A stretch of 63,752 nucleotides of DNA, counting the filler, from Polymyxa betae A26-41 (Eukaryota; Protista; Endomyxa: Phytomyxea), in assembly GCA_003693705.1 (NCBI GenBank). It is 6 parts of 6 records of this genome, joined end to end, with 100 filler letters (N's around TTAATTAATTAA, not from the genome) between each part and the next. Parts side by side here need not be neighbours in the genome. Positions count along the whole stretch, not along the records: positions 47,393 to 56,197 come from RBZT01000505.1; positions 56,298 to 61,919 come from RBZT01000899.1; positions 62,020 to 63,752 come from RBZT01000930.1; 3 more parts are not named here. One strand, given 5' to 3'. Shown in pieces: positions 49,714-62,540 of the stretch. The notes below the pieces were generated by a model, which made no database searches, was not told the origin of the DNA, and saw only the letters and a list, made by a program, of their open reading frames with translations. Position 1 is the stretch's first letter. Each line of letters opens with the position of its first letter. A program made the translations under genes and the position numbers.

Positions 49714-50988
49714 ATGCTTCCCCTTTCCACCTCTCTAAAGAGTTCGCTGTTGAGCTGGCGATCTTTCTTCATTGTCATTGTCGTGCTCCAGTTGTTGGGG
49801 AGTGCAATATTCATGACAAAATCCAGCCTTTTCAATATGTCCACTCTCTCTTATCTGATTTCCCCAGCTGCCTCCACACCAAGTAAAGAGCATGATGACA
49901 AAGCATCTACCCAAGCGGACATTATCCAACCTTCCCTGCCTTGTTCTGGTAAAATTGGACTTGTTGTGCGAACCTTTGGTTCAGATTCACATGTGTTTGC
50001 AAGTCTTGTTCCCCAGCTCAAAGCATTTGTAAATGCTGAGGATTTTGAGATCCACTTCATTCTTGACGAAGAGGGTGAAAAAGATCATATCATGGGAGCA
50101 ACGTTGGAAGAACTTGGTTACTTCGTGCATTACGAAGCCATGCCTCCGGAGTCTGTCCTGTCACCACGCCCCTTCGCTGATTTGGGCGGAAAGTATGCAG
50201 GCCTCGGCTATATGAGAGGGCAATACGCGATCTATTTCCTGGACCAATGGCTCGATTGTGAAATCGTTGGCGTTATCGATAGCGATGCCCACTTTTCTTC
50301 GTTTTTGACCAGAGAGGTTGCGGTTCGGAATAATCAGGTCATCATCCAAGGTCATGAGAACAGTTATCCTGGAGATTTGCGTGCTGTTGGCACTACAAAC
50401 ACCTTCAGCATGATGCACCGGAATAACTTTCCCCAGTTCTTGTATCGCGATGCCTGGGAGGTTGCTCGTACTCATCTAAAACGGATGTGGGGAGGGAATT
50501 CATTTGAAGAAGCCTACTTACAGTGGGTTACACAACCAACGAATCCAATCAACCTTATCTCCCACATGGCCTTCTTCAACGACCCTACCAACAAGTATAG
50601 GCTAGTTATGAGTGAAAATCGTTTAGAATTCGCTGTTCCGGCGGTGGCGTGGAATTTTGATGCAAACTACAAACACCATGCGTGTTGTCGAGACTATGGC
50701 GTCGGCTGTACGGACGAGATGATGAAGGATACCAATCACCTTTTTAATCCACGCGTATCAGTATTCCCCAAAGCTGTCGACTGGCATCATCTTGAAGATG
50801 CCGCTCGAATTCATTACGAGAATGTTCATTCGAGATTAGCAACTCTCGATCCGGATGAAGTTGCTGTCATGCGTTCGTATTGTGTGAACATGACCCCTGA
50901 AGGTTGGGTTCCAATAACTCCCAAAGTTTCCGTCATGGACCGCTTGGTTGCGGCAAATGACACACTCCCCAACACTCCTCTCAAATAA
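49714..50988 (+). CDS. Type II membrane protein, putative GT-A fold glycosyltransferase
   Basis: Intronless ORF; N-terminal TM (FFIVIVVLQLLGSAIF), S/T/P stem, IGLVVRT strand, DxD motif VGVIDSDA. Confidence 0.6.
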   Translation: MLPLSTSLKSSLLSWRSFFIVIVVLQLLGSAIFMTKSSLFNMSTLSYLISPAASTPSKEHDDKASTQADIIQPSLPCSGKIGLVVRTFGSDSHVFASLVPQLKAFVNAEDFEIHFILDEEGEKDHIMGATLEELGYFVHYEAMPPESVLSPRPFADLGGKYAGLGYMRGQYAIYFLDQWLDCEIVGVIDSDAHFSSFLTREVAVRNNQVIIQGHENSYPGDLRAVGTTNTFSMMHRNNFPQFLYRDAWEVARTHLKRMWGGNSFEEAYLQWVTQPTNPINLISHMAFFNDPTNKYRLVMSENRLEFAVPAVAWNFDANYKHHACCRDYGVGCTDEMMKDTNHLFNPRVSVFPKAVDWHHLEDAARIHYENVHSRLATLDPDEVAVMRSYCVNMTPEGWVPITPKVSVMDRLVAANDTLPNTPLK

Positions 50989-51325
50989 TAAATATTCACG
51001 AACTGATCGGCACTGAGAAGTATTTATGTTAAATGTGGATGAAGGGAAGGAAAGAGTTGAAAATGCAGAATTGCTGGAAATTGTTTAGGATGGGAGCTTG
51101 CTTTTCATAGATGAGCGAAAACCAATATGAGAGTTTACCATTCAGCAGCGCTCTACTTAATCTGGTCACGGTCTTGCAAACTAGCATATTCAAAAATGTC
51201 ATGTGAGGATCTTCTTAGAAGCAGGCCTTCACTGTCAGGACTTGGTCGTAAATTGGACAGTACCTACTTTGTCCGCTGGGTTGTAAGCGAGATAGACCAG
51301 ATTAAAAAGCGCTATCGCATGAGTC

Positions 51326-51510
51326 TGTTCGCTTGGGAGCTAAAACGATGCGAAGCTAACGAGATTAGTAGCAGAATGAAATTGTTTATCAGATAGAAAA
51401 AAGGTCAGTACCAGCAGTGAGAGGATTGATCGGCGCCAAAGCGACCGTACTGGAGCGTACTGGACCAGATTGTGGTCACGTGATCAGGCACGTGACTGGG
51501 AGCCTCAACA
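51326..51510 (-). repeat. Copia 3' LTR
   Basis: TG..CA; one visible difference from the 5' LTR (CCGTACT vs CCGCACT). Confidence 0.95.
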
Positions 51511-54500
51511 CTCTCCCTCGTCGAGATGATCCTCGGTGTCAGGTTCTCCGAGTAACATCGCGGACTTGCGGCAAAAGTCCACATTGCCGAGGGGCTTTGT
51601 CAGCGGGTCGGCGATCATGTTGGTGGTTGCGCACTTTTGAATCTTTATGTTGCCATTTGTGATCATGTCTCGGATAAAGTTTACCCGAAGTGCGATGTGT
51701 TTGGTACGTGCTGGAGTCTTTCGTCCTTGAACTAGGGCGATGCAACCTGCGTTATCTTCATATATGTCGATTGCTTGATTAGGGTCCTTTAAGTGCATAT
51801 CCTGCTAAAGATTGCCTAACCAGGAGGCTTCTTTCGCTGCCTCGCATAAGGCGTTGCACTCCGCTTCAGTAGTCGATAGAGCGGTGATTCGTTGGAGTCT
51901 TGAGGACCAAGATATTGGTCCGTTGGTGAAGAAAATCCATCCCGAAGTTGACTTCGAGTCTGAGAGTTCACTCGCAAAATCTGAATCAGAATATCCGTAG
52001 ATGGATCTGGACTTGACGTCACGGAATATGATTCCTTTAGTTGTAGAACCTCGGAGATATCGTAAGATGCGTTTGACTTGGTTAACATCGTGTGAAGATG
52101 GATTTGCGACATTCCGGGCAGCTGCATGAACGGCCTGGGCGATGTCGGGACGAGTGGAGTTACTTATGTATAACAAACTGCCAATAGCCTCGCGATAAGG
52201 AAATGTGATCTGCTCACTTTCCTTGTGGGCTTCTGGACGCTGGCCCTTGAGGGACGGGGTCTTGACAGCGTTGGAGTCGGCCATATTGAAATGGTCAAGA
52301 ACTCGCTCAATATATGATTGCTGTGTGACGGTAACACGGTGGCTGCGCTCATCATGTGTGACCTGCCAACCAAGAATGCGCTTGGCCTCTCCCATGATCT
52401 TGACACGTAGATGTCGCGCAATCTGGGATTCAAAGTTGGTAACGTTACTCGCCGTTTTTGATGCGATGATAAGGTCGTCAACATAAGTCGCAATAAGTGT
52501 AACTCCGGTCTTTTCAGACTTTTTGATAAATAGACATTGGTCGTGTACGGACTTTTCGAAACCAAGTAGTGATAGAAGACCTGAGAGGTGCTTGTACCAG
52601 GCGAGACCTGCCTGTTTGAGCCCATAAATTGCCTTATTGAGCTTACAGAACAAGGGCTGCTCTCCCTCGTTGCGGACTTCGAATCCTTCGGGTTGGGATA
52701 TGTAGAGCTCCACATCGATGTTGGCGTTTAAGTAGGCGGTATCGACGTCATGAGGATTCTAATGGTCGTGCTGGACGCTACAAGAGAAAACGTGTCATCG
52801 TAATCCACCCCAAGACGTTGGGCGAAGCCTTGGGCAACCAATCTGGCTTTATAACGCTCGACGTTGCCGGCATCATCCAGCTTGGCCTTGAAAACCCATT
52901 TGGATTTGATAGGTTTGCGTCCGGCTGGAAGTGGGCAAAGTGTCCAGGTTTTGTTATCAATCAGAGATTGATATTCGCTTTCCATAGCGGATCGCCATTT
53001 CTGATGATCTTCTCGGGAACAGGCCTCTTTATAGGAGTTGGGTTCGAGAACAGCATTAACTTCATGATTCCGGCGTTGCTGGCGCCGTAAAAAGGATTCA
53101 ATATATTCCCGTTCTTGCATTTCTTGAAATGTTTGAACGGGTCTCCGGACTCTTGAAGAAGTTCTAATAGTAGGTTCGATGTTCGAGTCTTGCGATAATG
53201 TCGGTACATTGTCGCGTATGGGTTCCGTTGCGTCATCAGATGGCGTTTCTTCTATGTTTAAAGGGGTATCATGGACAGTAGATAGCTCGTTGTCAATCAT
53301 AAATGGTCGCTCATTGATAATGTTACTCGTATCTGTAAGTACGGAATGTTCTTCATCCCCGGACATTTCGTCAAAGATAGGGGTCGGATGAGGTTCATGC
53401 ATAAAATTGCGCATCAATTGGGATGTTGTCATCAAAGTCGTTATTTGCCACTGTGTTGTGAGGCAGAAGACCTTCATCAAAAGTTGGGTCCCGTGTAGTG
53501 AAGATCTTTCCGGTATCGTCATCTTGCACCACATAACCTTTCTGAGTTTGAGCATAACCCAGGAATGTGCAGACAGTAGCCTTGGGGTCGAATTTCTTGC
53601 GTTTTTGGTGAGGGACATGGGCAAAAACGCGACATCCGAAAGTACGGATATGTGCCAGGTCTGGAATGGCTCCAAAGAACATTTCATAAGGGGTTCGACC
53701 ATTGTTGGCGGAAGATGGGATCCTGTTTGTGATGTGCGCTGCTGCAGCCATCGCATAGGCCCAATAACTATTTGGAAGTCCAGCTTGAAGCATCATCGTG
53801 CGGGCACGGTCCGCAAGAGTCCGATTCATACGTTCGACTACGCCATTTTGTTGAGGATTGTATGGGATTGAAGTCTGGAGTCTGATGCCTTTGGACTTCA
53901 ATTTTGACTCGAAATATCGTGACGTGAATTCCCCGGCGTTGTCGGCTTGAATAGTCGTAACAATCGCTCCGATCTGGGTCTCGTAATATTTGATACATTC
54001 CATAATCAAATCAGGCGCAGTATCCCGTTTGGATAGGAAATACACAGTGACAAATCGTGAGAATTCATCGACGATTGGCATTGCGTAGCGAGAGCCTTCG
54101 ATACTGGGAGTCGTCATGGGTCCGCAGATGTCAACGTGAAGAACCCTCCCTGGTTGAGTCGCCCGACGGGAATGGTCTCGGGTTTCAAACGGAAGCTTCA
54201 CGGACTTTCCGGTTGCGCACGCGGTACAGACGCGCGACGGACCAGGTTTCGATTCGATAACGGACACTCCAGTAAGGGTCTTGCTGTTGATAGCGTCGAT
54301 AATGGACCGAATCGGGGCTTGTGCGAGTCGTTTATGCCATATGTCCATGTTCGCGGAAGCAGAGTATATATCATGTTTCAGTGGTTCGCCTATGACGTAA
54401 AGACCGTTCTGCAATTGGCCTTTGGCAACCACTCGGCCGTTTTTCTCAAGCAGGCAATGCTTGGAATCGAAAATGGCGCGATCGATATCTCCATCGATAC

Positions 54501-55969
54501 AGGCTTGACCGATAGAAAGGAGACTTCGATTGGCAGATGGGACATGCAAAACGTTACTCACGCGGAATCCGAGGTCCGCTGAGCCGCGGCCGTTGACTGG
54601 GACGCTGTCGCCATTAACCAGAGAAATGTATTCTCCAAACACCTTGCGTGTTGGCTTCATATTGGGGCAAATCGATGTAGAGGCGCCGGTATCGATAATC
54701 CATTTGCCATCATCGTGATAACTGCTCGAAACAGCGGTGAATGCGCTGTTGATATGATGCGTGTCTTTTGAGAATCGTTGTTGATTCAAACGGCAACGTT
54801 TCTCATAATGTCCGGTCTTTCCGCATTTTCGGCAGAAATGGCTGCGCTGGCGACATTCGGTCTTTTGATGTCCGGATCGTTTGCAGTATCCGCACCGGAA
54901 CTCGGAATTCGTGGCCGTGTTGGCGCTATGGGCTTTTTTGGAGACGGGATTATCCTTAACGAACTCTAAGAGCGATCTTTCCAGGTGCTCATAATTCTTG
55001 AGTTCGGGTGATCCGTACATAATTGCATCACGAACGCCTCTCATACTTGACGGTAATTTCTTGATAACAGTAAGAAATAATTTTGAGTTAGTGATGGGTG
55101 CGCCACAACTTGATAAAGAATTGCGTACGAGCTTGACTTGATTGATAAACTCCGATATATCACAGGAATCATGAAGAGTGAGACGTTCTAAGTCAGCTTC
55201 TGCAGCGAGAATATCAGCTGCGGCCTTGCCTTCGAAATGCTTAAGGAGTCTGTCCCAGGTTGATGATAAATCCGGGCAATCAACAGTCAGAGTCTTGAAA
55301 TACTCCGAAAGTGATCCGAGAAGCAAATGATAAGCCTTTGAGTGGCATCGGTGCCAGTCAGATTGACGCGCGGTTCCGTGGTTAGGGCCGCGGCCTCCGG
55401 GGCAAGCTTCATGCGTATTGGACTGAGCTGTCGATAGCATGAATTGGATAAGAGCAGATTCAGCTTCTTGGTTACGACTTTGGAGGTCTGTATTGTTGGG
55501 GTCCTCCTCCAGTGCCTGACGGGCTTGTTCCGCATTATGAAACACCGTGGTGAGCTGGGGACGATCGATAACAGTGCCAGTGTTAACGTTACTACTTGGA
55601 CGTGTTGGATGAGAGAGGCCGGAAAATGCCGTAGGATGTTGCGGACGCGGTTCGTCACCGGTAGCAATCGTATAGGCGTCGAGTCGTTCAAGACCGATGA
55701 TGGCTTCTCGTCTCCATAGGTGCCAATTGGATTCTTTCAGCAGAAATGATGTTAGTGCACTCGCTGATTTCATCTCGTTGCTCATCGTGCTCAGATTCGC
55801 AGTGATGTAATAGGAGGATTAGTCGTGTCGGAGATTTCTCTCACAGTTTTCACGAATCCTTTGTCAGCAGTTCGGACAGGCAGTTCGGAGTGCGTCAGTC
55901 TCTCCCTGTTCTGTCCCTGAGACGTATCCTATTTCGGTCACTAACGAAGCGTCACGGACTTGCGTGTGG

Positions 55970-55983
55970 CTGGGCCGATAACC
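55970..55983 (-). promoter_or_regulatory. Primer-binding site of half-tRNA(iMet) type
   Basis: GGTTATCGGCCCAG directly after the 5' LTR; one mismatch to the copia-type GGTTATGGGCCCAG. Confidence 0.75.
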
Positions 55984-56168
55984 TGTTCGCTTGGGAGCTA
56001 AAACGATGCGAAGCTAACGAGATTAGTAGCAGAATGAAATTGTTTATCAGATAGAAAAAAGGTCAGTACCAGCAGTGAGAGGATTGATCGGCGCCAAAGC
56101 GACCGCACTGGAGCGTACTGGACCAGATTGTGGTCACGTGATCAGGCACGTGACTGGGAGCCTCAACA
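55984..56168 (-). repeat. Copia 5' LTR
   Basis: Direct repeat of 51326-51510. Confidence 0.95.
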
Positions 56169-56197
56169 CTCAACAATTGTCAAAACCGTTCTAATCA

Positions 56198-56297
56198 NNN
56201 NNNNNNNNNNNNNNNNNNNNNNNNNNNNNNNNNNNNNNNNNTTAATTAATTAANNNNNNNNNNNNNNNNNNNNNNNNNNNNNNNNNNNNNNNNNNNN
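56198..56297. other. Artificial contig linker
   Basis: N-TTAATTAATTAA-N, 100 bp. Confidence 0.98.
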
Positions 56298-57865
56298 AGT
56301 TGTTTGGCGCGACCCAGTTACGCAAAATGATAAGGTGACTGTTCTCATTCATCTCCCATCCGGAGCCAGTAATGTGCAGTTCAACCTTAACTCGGATGGC
56401 CGCTCCGCAGTTACTACATACCAGTGGCCAAAAGTGGCATACATGATGGAGGACCTTTTTGGGCAATGGGTTAAATCGGAGTCCCTGGAGCTCCTACCAT
56501 CCGAAGGTTATAGCCTTGCAGACAGAGCTCGAAAACTTTCGAGACAAAGTCGATGCAGCCCGACAGGGCTGCATTGAAATATCGCTTCCCATCACAGTTC
56601 AGACCGATACCTCAACCTGGACTAAGTATGGTATTAAGCGGCCCGATGGTGCCTTAATATTGGTCGTTAAGCTGATGGCCTACCAAAAAATATACACCGT
56701 CAAGCAGACGGACACGTTTGTTTCATTTATTTAATAATCTTATTAATACATTCACATAACTTTTTCCAAAATAATCTTGAAATTTGAAATTTCCCGCACC
56801 TCCCAGGTAGGCCATAGAATATTCGTTTCCATTGACAGCAAACTGTACATGAGGGGCTACTCCCTTCAGTAAGCGGTTCATCAATGGTGACCGGTCAACG
56901 ATATTAATGTCGTTGTTGGATCCTGGAATGCCAATATAGGCATGCCAAATCCATAAATCGCGGCTGGCGATAGCCTCCATTACAATTGATTTGTTCCCTT
57001 CCCTATCTAAGAACTGCCCATGTTCTGAAACAGGGNNAGGTGAGATGCGTGCAATCCAATGAGCCAAACATTCCTAAAAATCCACGCTTTGCGCTCTGTT
57101 GCAGGTTCCGTTCAACATCGTCTACAGTGGGCTCACGAAGATATTCAGCTCCAAACTTCTCTACTATTGCGGCACAGAATCGCTGATGATCGAGATTCAA
57201 AATCAGTAGTTTCTGGATCCTATATAAAGTCTCACCCTTAGCGACAGTAATGCTGTTGATTCTCCAACTCGAGCGTATTCTTCAACACCATCAGCTGGTA
57301 AACTGTAGCAAAGCATCCGATGAGCTGCAACACATTTCTGAACAGTAGATAATCCTGGAAGTCCTAACGAGTCGACTTTTTGCTCGAAATAATCATCAAC
57401 TTCCACAACTCCTCTCATTATCCTTTCAAATAGGGTGCGCCTTTATTAAAACAAAAGAAATATTGCCCAGAGGCCAGCAAACAGTAAGCGAACCTCATTC
57501 TGAACCGACGACGAAACATGGTATTAGTGAATACAGGCCGAGTGATGAAATAGTCCTTCATGATCCGCTCGTGACCGGAAACTCTGTCTCTTTCAAAGTT
57601 CGCGCCACGACAAGGACAGAACCTCCTCGTGTCGTTGGTTGAGGCTCAAACAGCTCGGCAAAGAATTGCTCAATATCGTCATCCGAATCGGATTCAGCCC
57701 AAGATTCGATATCAAGGAGCAGTCGCTGTCGCCAAGCATCCATTATAGAAGAATCGAGAGCTAGCACAGACGCAGATAGCAATATAGCGGTTGTGTATAC
57801 CGTCGTGGTGCGGTGCAGAAATTTTAGAGATGGCGCTAAAAGTTTTAGCGCCATCCCAATGCTGT
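56298..57865. mobile_element. PIF/Harbinger remnant: transposase (-, ~57745-56780, 3'-truncated) and convergent ORF (+, ~56330-56734)
   Basis: KDYF..FRRRFRM, YFEQKVDSLGLPGLS..QKC, GFLGMFGSLDCTH, EAIASRDLWIWHAYIGIPGSNNDINIVDRSP; hairpin GATGGCGCTAAAAGTTTTAGCGCCATC at ~57829-57856. Confidence 0.9.
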
Positions 57866-58639
57866 ACGCAAAGCAAAACATCCAATATACAGTAGAGTTT
57901 ACAGTTCTGCGGTGGAGTTGCTCTAAAGACTGAAAGCCTCAGAAAAAACCCAAATATCATTATAACAATTTATCTGTCAACAATACACATTCCAAAAATA
58001 CCAGAGCACTTAAAGTTTAGTGTTTGAGTCGATGACTATGAAAACCAATAAAATTACGATCGCAGTTCATAAGCATTTCCACTGAGACCGATGAACCTGG
58101 GATAGAGAATATCTTTCCCAACTTCACTAAGACCCGATTGGATTGACCTGAGGGCAGTCGCAAGGGAGGCTGAGATACTTATCAACTTCGTCCATGATCT
58201 CAGCGTTTGACAGGCAAAGGTGATGATTTCCATCTGTCTCGCTTGCTTATCTGATCATAAACTGTCCCCTTGGGATTATTGGGTGTTGAACAATTTCCGT
58301 TTGAACTGATTTCAGCATTATTGGGGTCAATCTCGGTTCCAGATGCTGAATCAAGTGATACGTCACCGGATCGCGCAAAGCCAGCTTTTATCGGCCACAG
58401 TATGCACATTTCTGCCAATTCCGTGAAATAAATGCGCATTTAAAATCGAGTCTGCATTTTCCTGCTTTAAACAAAGAGAGCGCGCAGATTGGTATAAGAT
58501 GGAACTGCAAAAAAATGCGAACTCAAATTTCTATGTGCAAATTTCTGCAAATGCTATAACAGCATTTTTACCAAGTATGATACCAGAGCTTATTGGGTTT
58601 ACTTTTCCTATTCCAAATCTATTCTGTCATTCTGATCGC

Positions 58640-60270
58640 GCTAATGCTGATGTTAGTGGGCGGTGGCGATGGTGAAGAAGATGGCAGTTCTCACTCTATT
58701 TGCTCCCTATTTCTCCATTTTCCGGGGCCGCTTTGTTCCGTCTATCAATTATCTTTCTTTATTTGATTTCATTACTTCCAATTTTATTTAAAACAGTCTG
58801 TTGGCATTTGCTCTTTTTTTGAATGTCTTTCTAACTATGCCGATGATATCACTATCTTTGTTATGCGATATCGAACATCGCACAACCTACTCAGTAGTCT
58901 GCAGCGTCTGTTTTTACTGTTTAAAACAGTTTTCTGACATCGTGCTCTTGCTATAGATGTGTTAAATAGGCTATTGATGGCCATGGGAACGAATGCGGTC
59001 GGTATTCTCTCTATTGTTTATCTTTTGGGGGGCTGCCCAATTATATATTTAGAAATTATTCTGGCTTTATTTAGTGCTACAGATTTTCACCTTTACTGAA
59101 ACAGGGTAATCGCATTTGCTCTTTGTTTAGATTATTATTCAAATTTTGCCGAAGCTATTACATTGAGATCGATTTTCACAGAACGTCACCGAGTCTACTC
59201 AGTATCTTTTCAGCCTTTGTGTTTCCTGCTGCAAGTGCTGTCTGACATCGTGCTATTGCTAGGTGTGCTAAAAGGAGTGTCGGTGGCGATGGGGACGACG
59301 ATGGTCTGCATTTTCTCCTTTTCCTCTCTTTTCTTAAACTTCTCAGGGGCGGCTCTGCCCACTTTGGAAATTCTTTTGCTATATTTCAATGCTCTTCAAT
59401 CATACAAGGTTTAAGGCAAGCTAGTTTGTATTCGTTCATCCATTTGTTCTACCATGTTTGCAGATGCTATCAGCCTATCAATCTTTATAGGGTTTTCTTC
59501 GAAAGGTCGCCGACTCGTTTCATTTCTCTTTCAACATTTCTCTTCCTCTTTCAAAAGTTCTCTGACATCGTGTTGATGCTATAGATGTGTCAATCGGGGT
59601 GGACTGCCGGCGATGATGATGAAGATGGTCCATTATATCTCTCACTTCTCACTTTTTCGGGGCCGGCTCTGCCCAATTTTAAAATCTTCTCGCTTTATTT
59701 CAATGTTTATTATTTAATGTTTACAATATTCGAATCATAAATGTTTCTTTCTTTAATGGTTCCTTTAGTTTTACGGTTTTTGCCCGAGCTATGAATAATC
59801 ATTCTTTTGGCTTTATGGGGTTTTCATCAAACGTCGCCCATTCATCTCATTTCTTTTTCAGCATTTCTTCTTTTTCTTTCAAAAGTTCGCTAGCATCGTG
59901 CTGGGGCTATAGATGTGTCAATCGGGGTGGACGCTGGCGATGTTGATGAAGATGGTCGCTTCTATCTCTCACTTCTCACTTTTTCGGGGGCGGCTCTGCC
60001 CAATTTTAGAACTTTCTTGCTTTATTTCAATGTTTATTATTTAATGTTTACAATATTCAAATCATAAGTGTTTTTGTCGTTAATGGTTCCATCAGTTTTA
60101 CGATTTATGCCCAATCTGTCACTCTTTTGGCTATATTGGGTTTTCCTCGAACGTCGCCGATTCAACTGATTTCTTCTTTCACTTTCGAAAGCTTGCTCAT
60201 CGTGTTCGTTCTATGGATGTGTTAATCGGGGTGGACGTCTTCGGTGGCAATGCAGATGGTGGATTATATA
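58640..60270. repeat. Diverged AT-rich tandem array, about 5-6 units of ~300-330 bp
   Basis: Recurrent CATCGTG..ATAGATGTG..AATCGGGGTGGAC..GATGG..GGGG.GGCT.TG motifs near 58650, 58950, 59250, 59580, 59910 and 60210. Confidence 0.8.
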
Positions 60271-60329
60271 GCTACTTAAATTTATTAATAAACGCTGATG
60301 GACACTTTCTAAACAACAATAAACTTCAT

Positions 60330-61860
60330 TTTTATTTCCGACATCATAGCTGACTCTAAATTAATGATTACACATCATTCTGACTCTTCCAATCTTGACA
60401 TTCTAATGGCGAAGTAGCCTTTAACTTTGTTTAACTTACCCAGCATGATATTAACAGGCTCAACTGAATCAATCGAGACCCATCCCGACCAGTTACTTTT
60501 TCCTATGTAGACATCTCTTCGATTATTGGCAGATTTGTTTCGATGTCAGTAGTGAAAGCAGCTCCTGGACCTTGTAGAATCCTGTATTAGTCAACAAAAG
60601 CAAAAACGATGGGCTGATCACCATTATTCATCACCAGCTTTGTAAACCATTTTTCTGCTGCGAACCAATGCGAGAACTTGGACTTGGCAGATTTCGCTAT
60701 CCTGACTTGAAGCCTATGGTTGCTCGTTATAAGCCCTTTGCTTCTTTCGAAATCTCGCGACCTAAAAAGCTAACCTTTGTGAATAATTCTTTTCAGAAAT
60801 ACAAATTGACCTAAAACATGGCTTAATACAAAACGAAACAAGAGTGGTCGGAATCACCTTGCAAAGCGTCAATCAACGATGAATTGAAGTTCTCGCTTTT
60901 TAAGACCTGCATAAGCGCTGTGTGATGCTGCTGGAAGTAAGCAATAGGATGTTTCAACAAGCTGGCTTTCGAAGCCGGTTTGGGAAGTTTCTCATTAAAC
61001 TTTTCGACTGCACTCTTGTACAGTGTGTCCTTTTGGAATAGTTCTTCATGCAATCGCCCTAAAGTATCAGTCAGACCTGAGCGTTTTCTATTTGAATGTC
61101 TTGATTCATCAATCTGTAAATCAGCAATTTTCAAGCGAATCTGCTCTGATTCATTGACATCTGTAAATCCGTCTGCGACAAGATCATCCGATTGTCCAAA
61201 GGTCCAGGCTCTCAATTGGCTGTTGGTGAAACGCTCGTGGTATTGATATCTATATTCAGATCATTGTAAGATGGATGATTGCACATATCACACAAGATGT
61301 TACCGGAAACCAGTTATGACAACCTGTTTTGAGTAACTTCTCATGATGATTGCCCGCGCGAAGCATGATTCATAGACTTGATAGGTCTCATGAATCGCTC
61401 AGCCAAAAGTTCCATGATATTCCTACGAAAGGACCCAGATCTTTGAGAATATGGCCAACAACATGCAACATATAGTGGACAGGTAAAGACATGCACATGG
61501 AAGGAAGCCGCCGCTACATTTCAGATTTATACACCACTTTGAAATGTTCGTCAGTATTACCTCTTCCAGAATAGTCAAGGCCTCAGTTATTTTTAGTTGA
61601 ATTGTCTCTAATTGCGAGCGCTTCAGAGTTGTGCTCATACAACTCGATATCGCATCAAAGAACGAATACAAAGCCTTTTCGAAGGATTTGGCGTCCTTCG
61701 ATTCCGAAAATAAGCCCCTGGTGAGATATTTAAATAAACCATGCACCAATACGTAGTACTGTGAGCAGCACAGCCGGTATTACCGTTTGAGAACGGATTT
61801 TTAAAATCCATTTTTTCCCATACAAAAACCTCAATAATCCACGTTATAACACCCAATAAC
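60330..61860 (-). mobile_element. CACTA/En-Spm transposase C-terminal remnant (DUF4218-like)
   Basis: ITEALTILEE..LPSMCMSLPVHYMLHVVGHILKDLGP.. then, after a frameshift, LLAERFMRPIK, resembling H-L-x-H..LGP..ERFM. Confidence 0.65.
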
Positions 61861-61919
61861 CTTATTTTTCGACGAATCTTTGTAAATTTATGATAATTTA
61901 TAAAAATATATGATTTTCA

Positions 61920-62019
61920 NNNNNNNNNNNNNNNNNNNNNNNNNNNNNNNNNNNNNNNNNNNNTTAATTAATTAANNNNNNNNNNNNNNNNNNNNNNNNN
62001 NNNNNNNNNNNNNNNNNNN
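61920..62019. other. Artificial contig linker
   Basis: N-TTAATTAATTAA-N, 100 bp. Confidence 0.98.
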
Positions 62020-62540
62020 GTCGCGTATTCCAATGTTGGCGTCAAGTCTTGACAGAGTGCCGCTGTAGAATCTTCGACAGAGGGGATGGCTGTTGGGTCG
62101 AGGTTGCAGGGGTCTGTGACGGTGTTGTCCACGTCTTCATTTGTCGGTGATGATGGATGGGTCGAGTTGCCGTTCCGGGGCAGGGTAGAGTCTTGCTGGT
62201 TCGTGCTCATCGAAAAAAGATGTGGTGAACGGGAGATGGAGACGCGAGGTCGATGGCACACGATCCTTTATTGGTGATTGTAAGTAGAAAAGAAGTTGTC
62301 TGGAGTAGGGAGCAAGAAAAAGACTGGCTTTGGCGGGTCGCGGAAAACTTCACAAATTCATAAGGCGCGTGCCTTGGACAGCACGACGGGGCCGCAGCGA
62401 CCTGCTGGCACGCGTCCTTTCCGCGGACATTGGCGGTGGGGACCCGGCGATTCTGGATTGCGGCTCCGAGATTGTCGTGGGCACGACAGTATGAAAAACC
62501 GGATATCTGATGGCCATCTGGGTGGAGGCACTGTGGAACA
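62020..62540 (-). mobile_element. Possible 5' LTR (62540-62279) plus gag start of an LTR retroelement cut by the contig end
   Basis: TGTTCC...CTTACA bounded segment followed by low-complexity ORF MSTNQQDSTLP running into the gap. Confidence 0.35.

Larger units (their letters stand above)
51326..56168 (-). mobile_element. Near full-length Ty1/Copia LTR retrotransposon; gag-pol disrupted
   Basis: 185-bp LTRs; two CCHC knuckles, protease WIIDTGAS, rve (HVDICGP, ADNAGEF, QNGVVER), RT YVDD, RNase H (YSDSD, TTEAE, EDN, ADPLTK); frameshifts near 53400 and 52730, stop at 51805; PPT GAGGGAGAG 51519-51511. Confidence 0.97.

Noticed and set aside
58640-60270. CRISPR-like array
   Set aside because: Units are ~320 bp and homologous along their length, with no unique spacers or cas genes, in a eukaryotic context.
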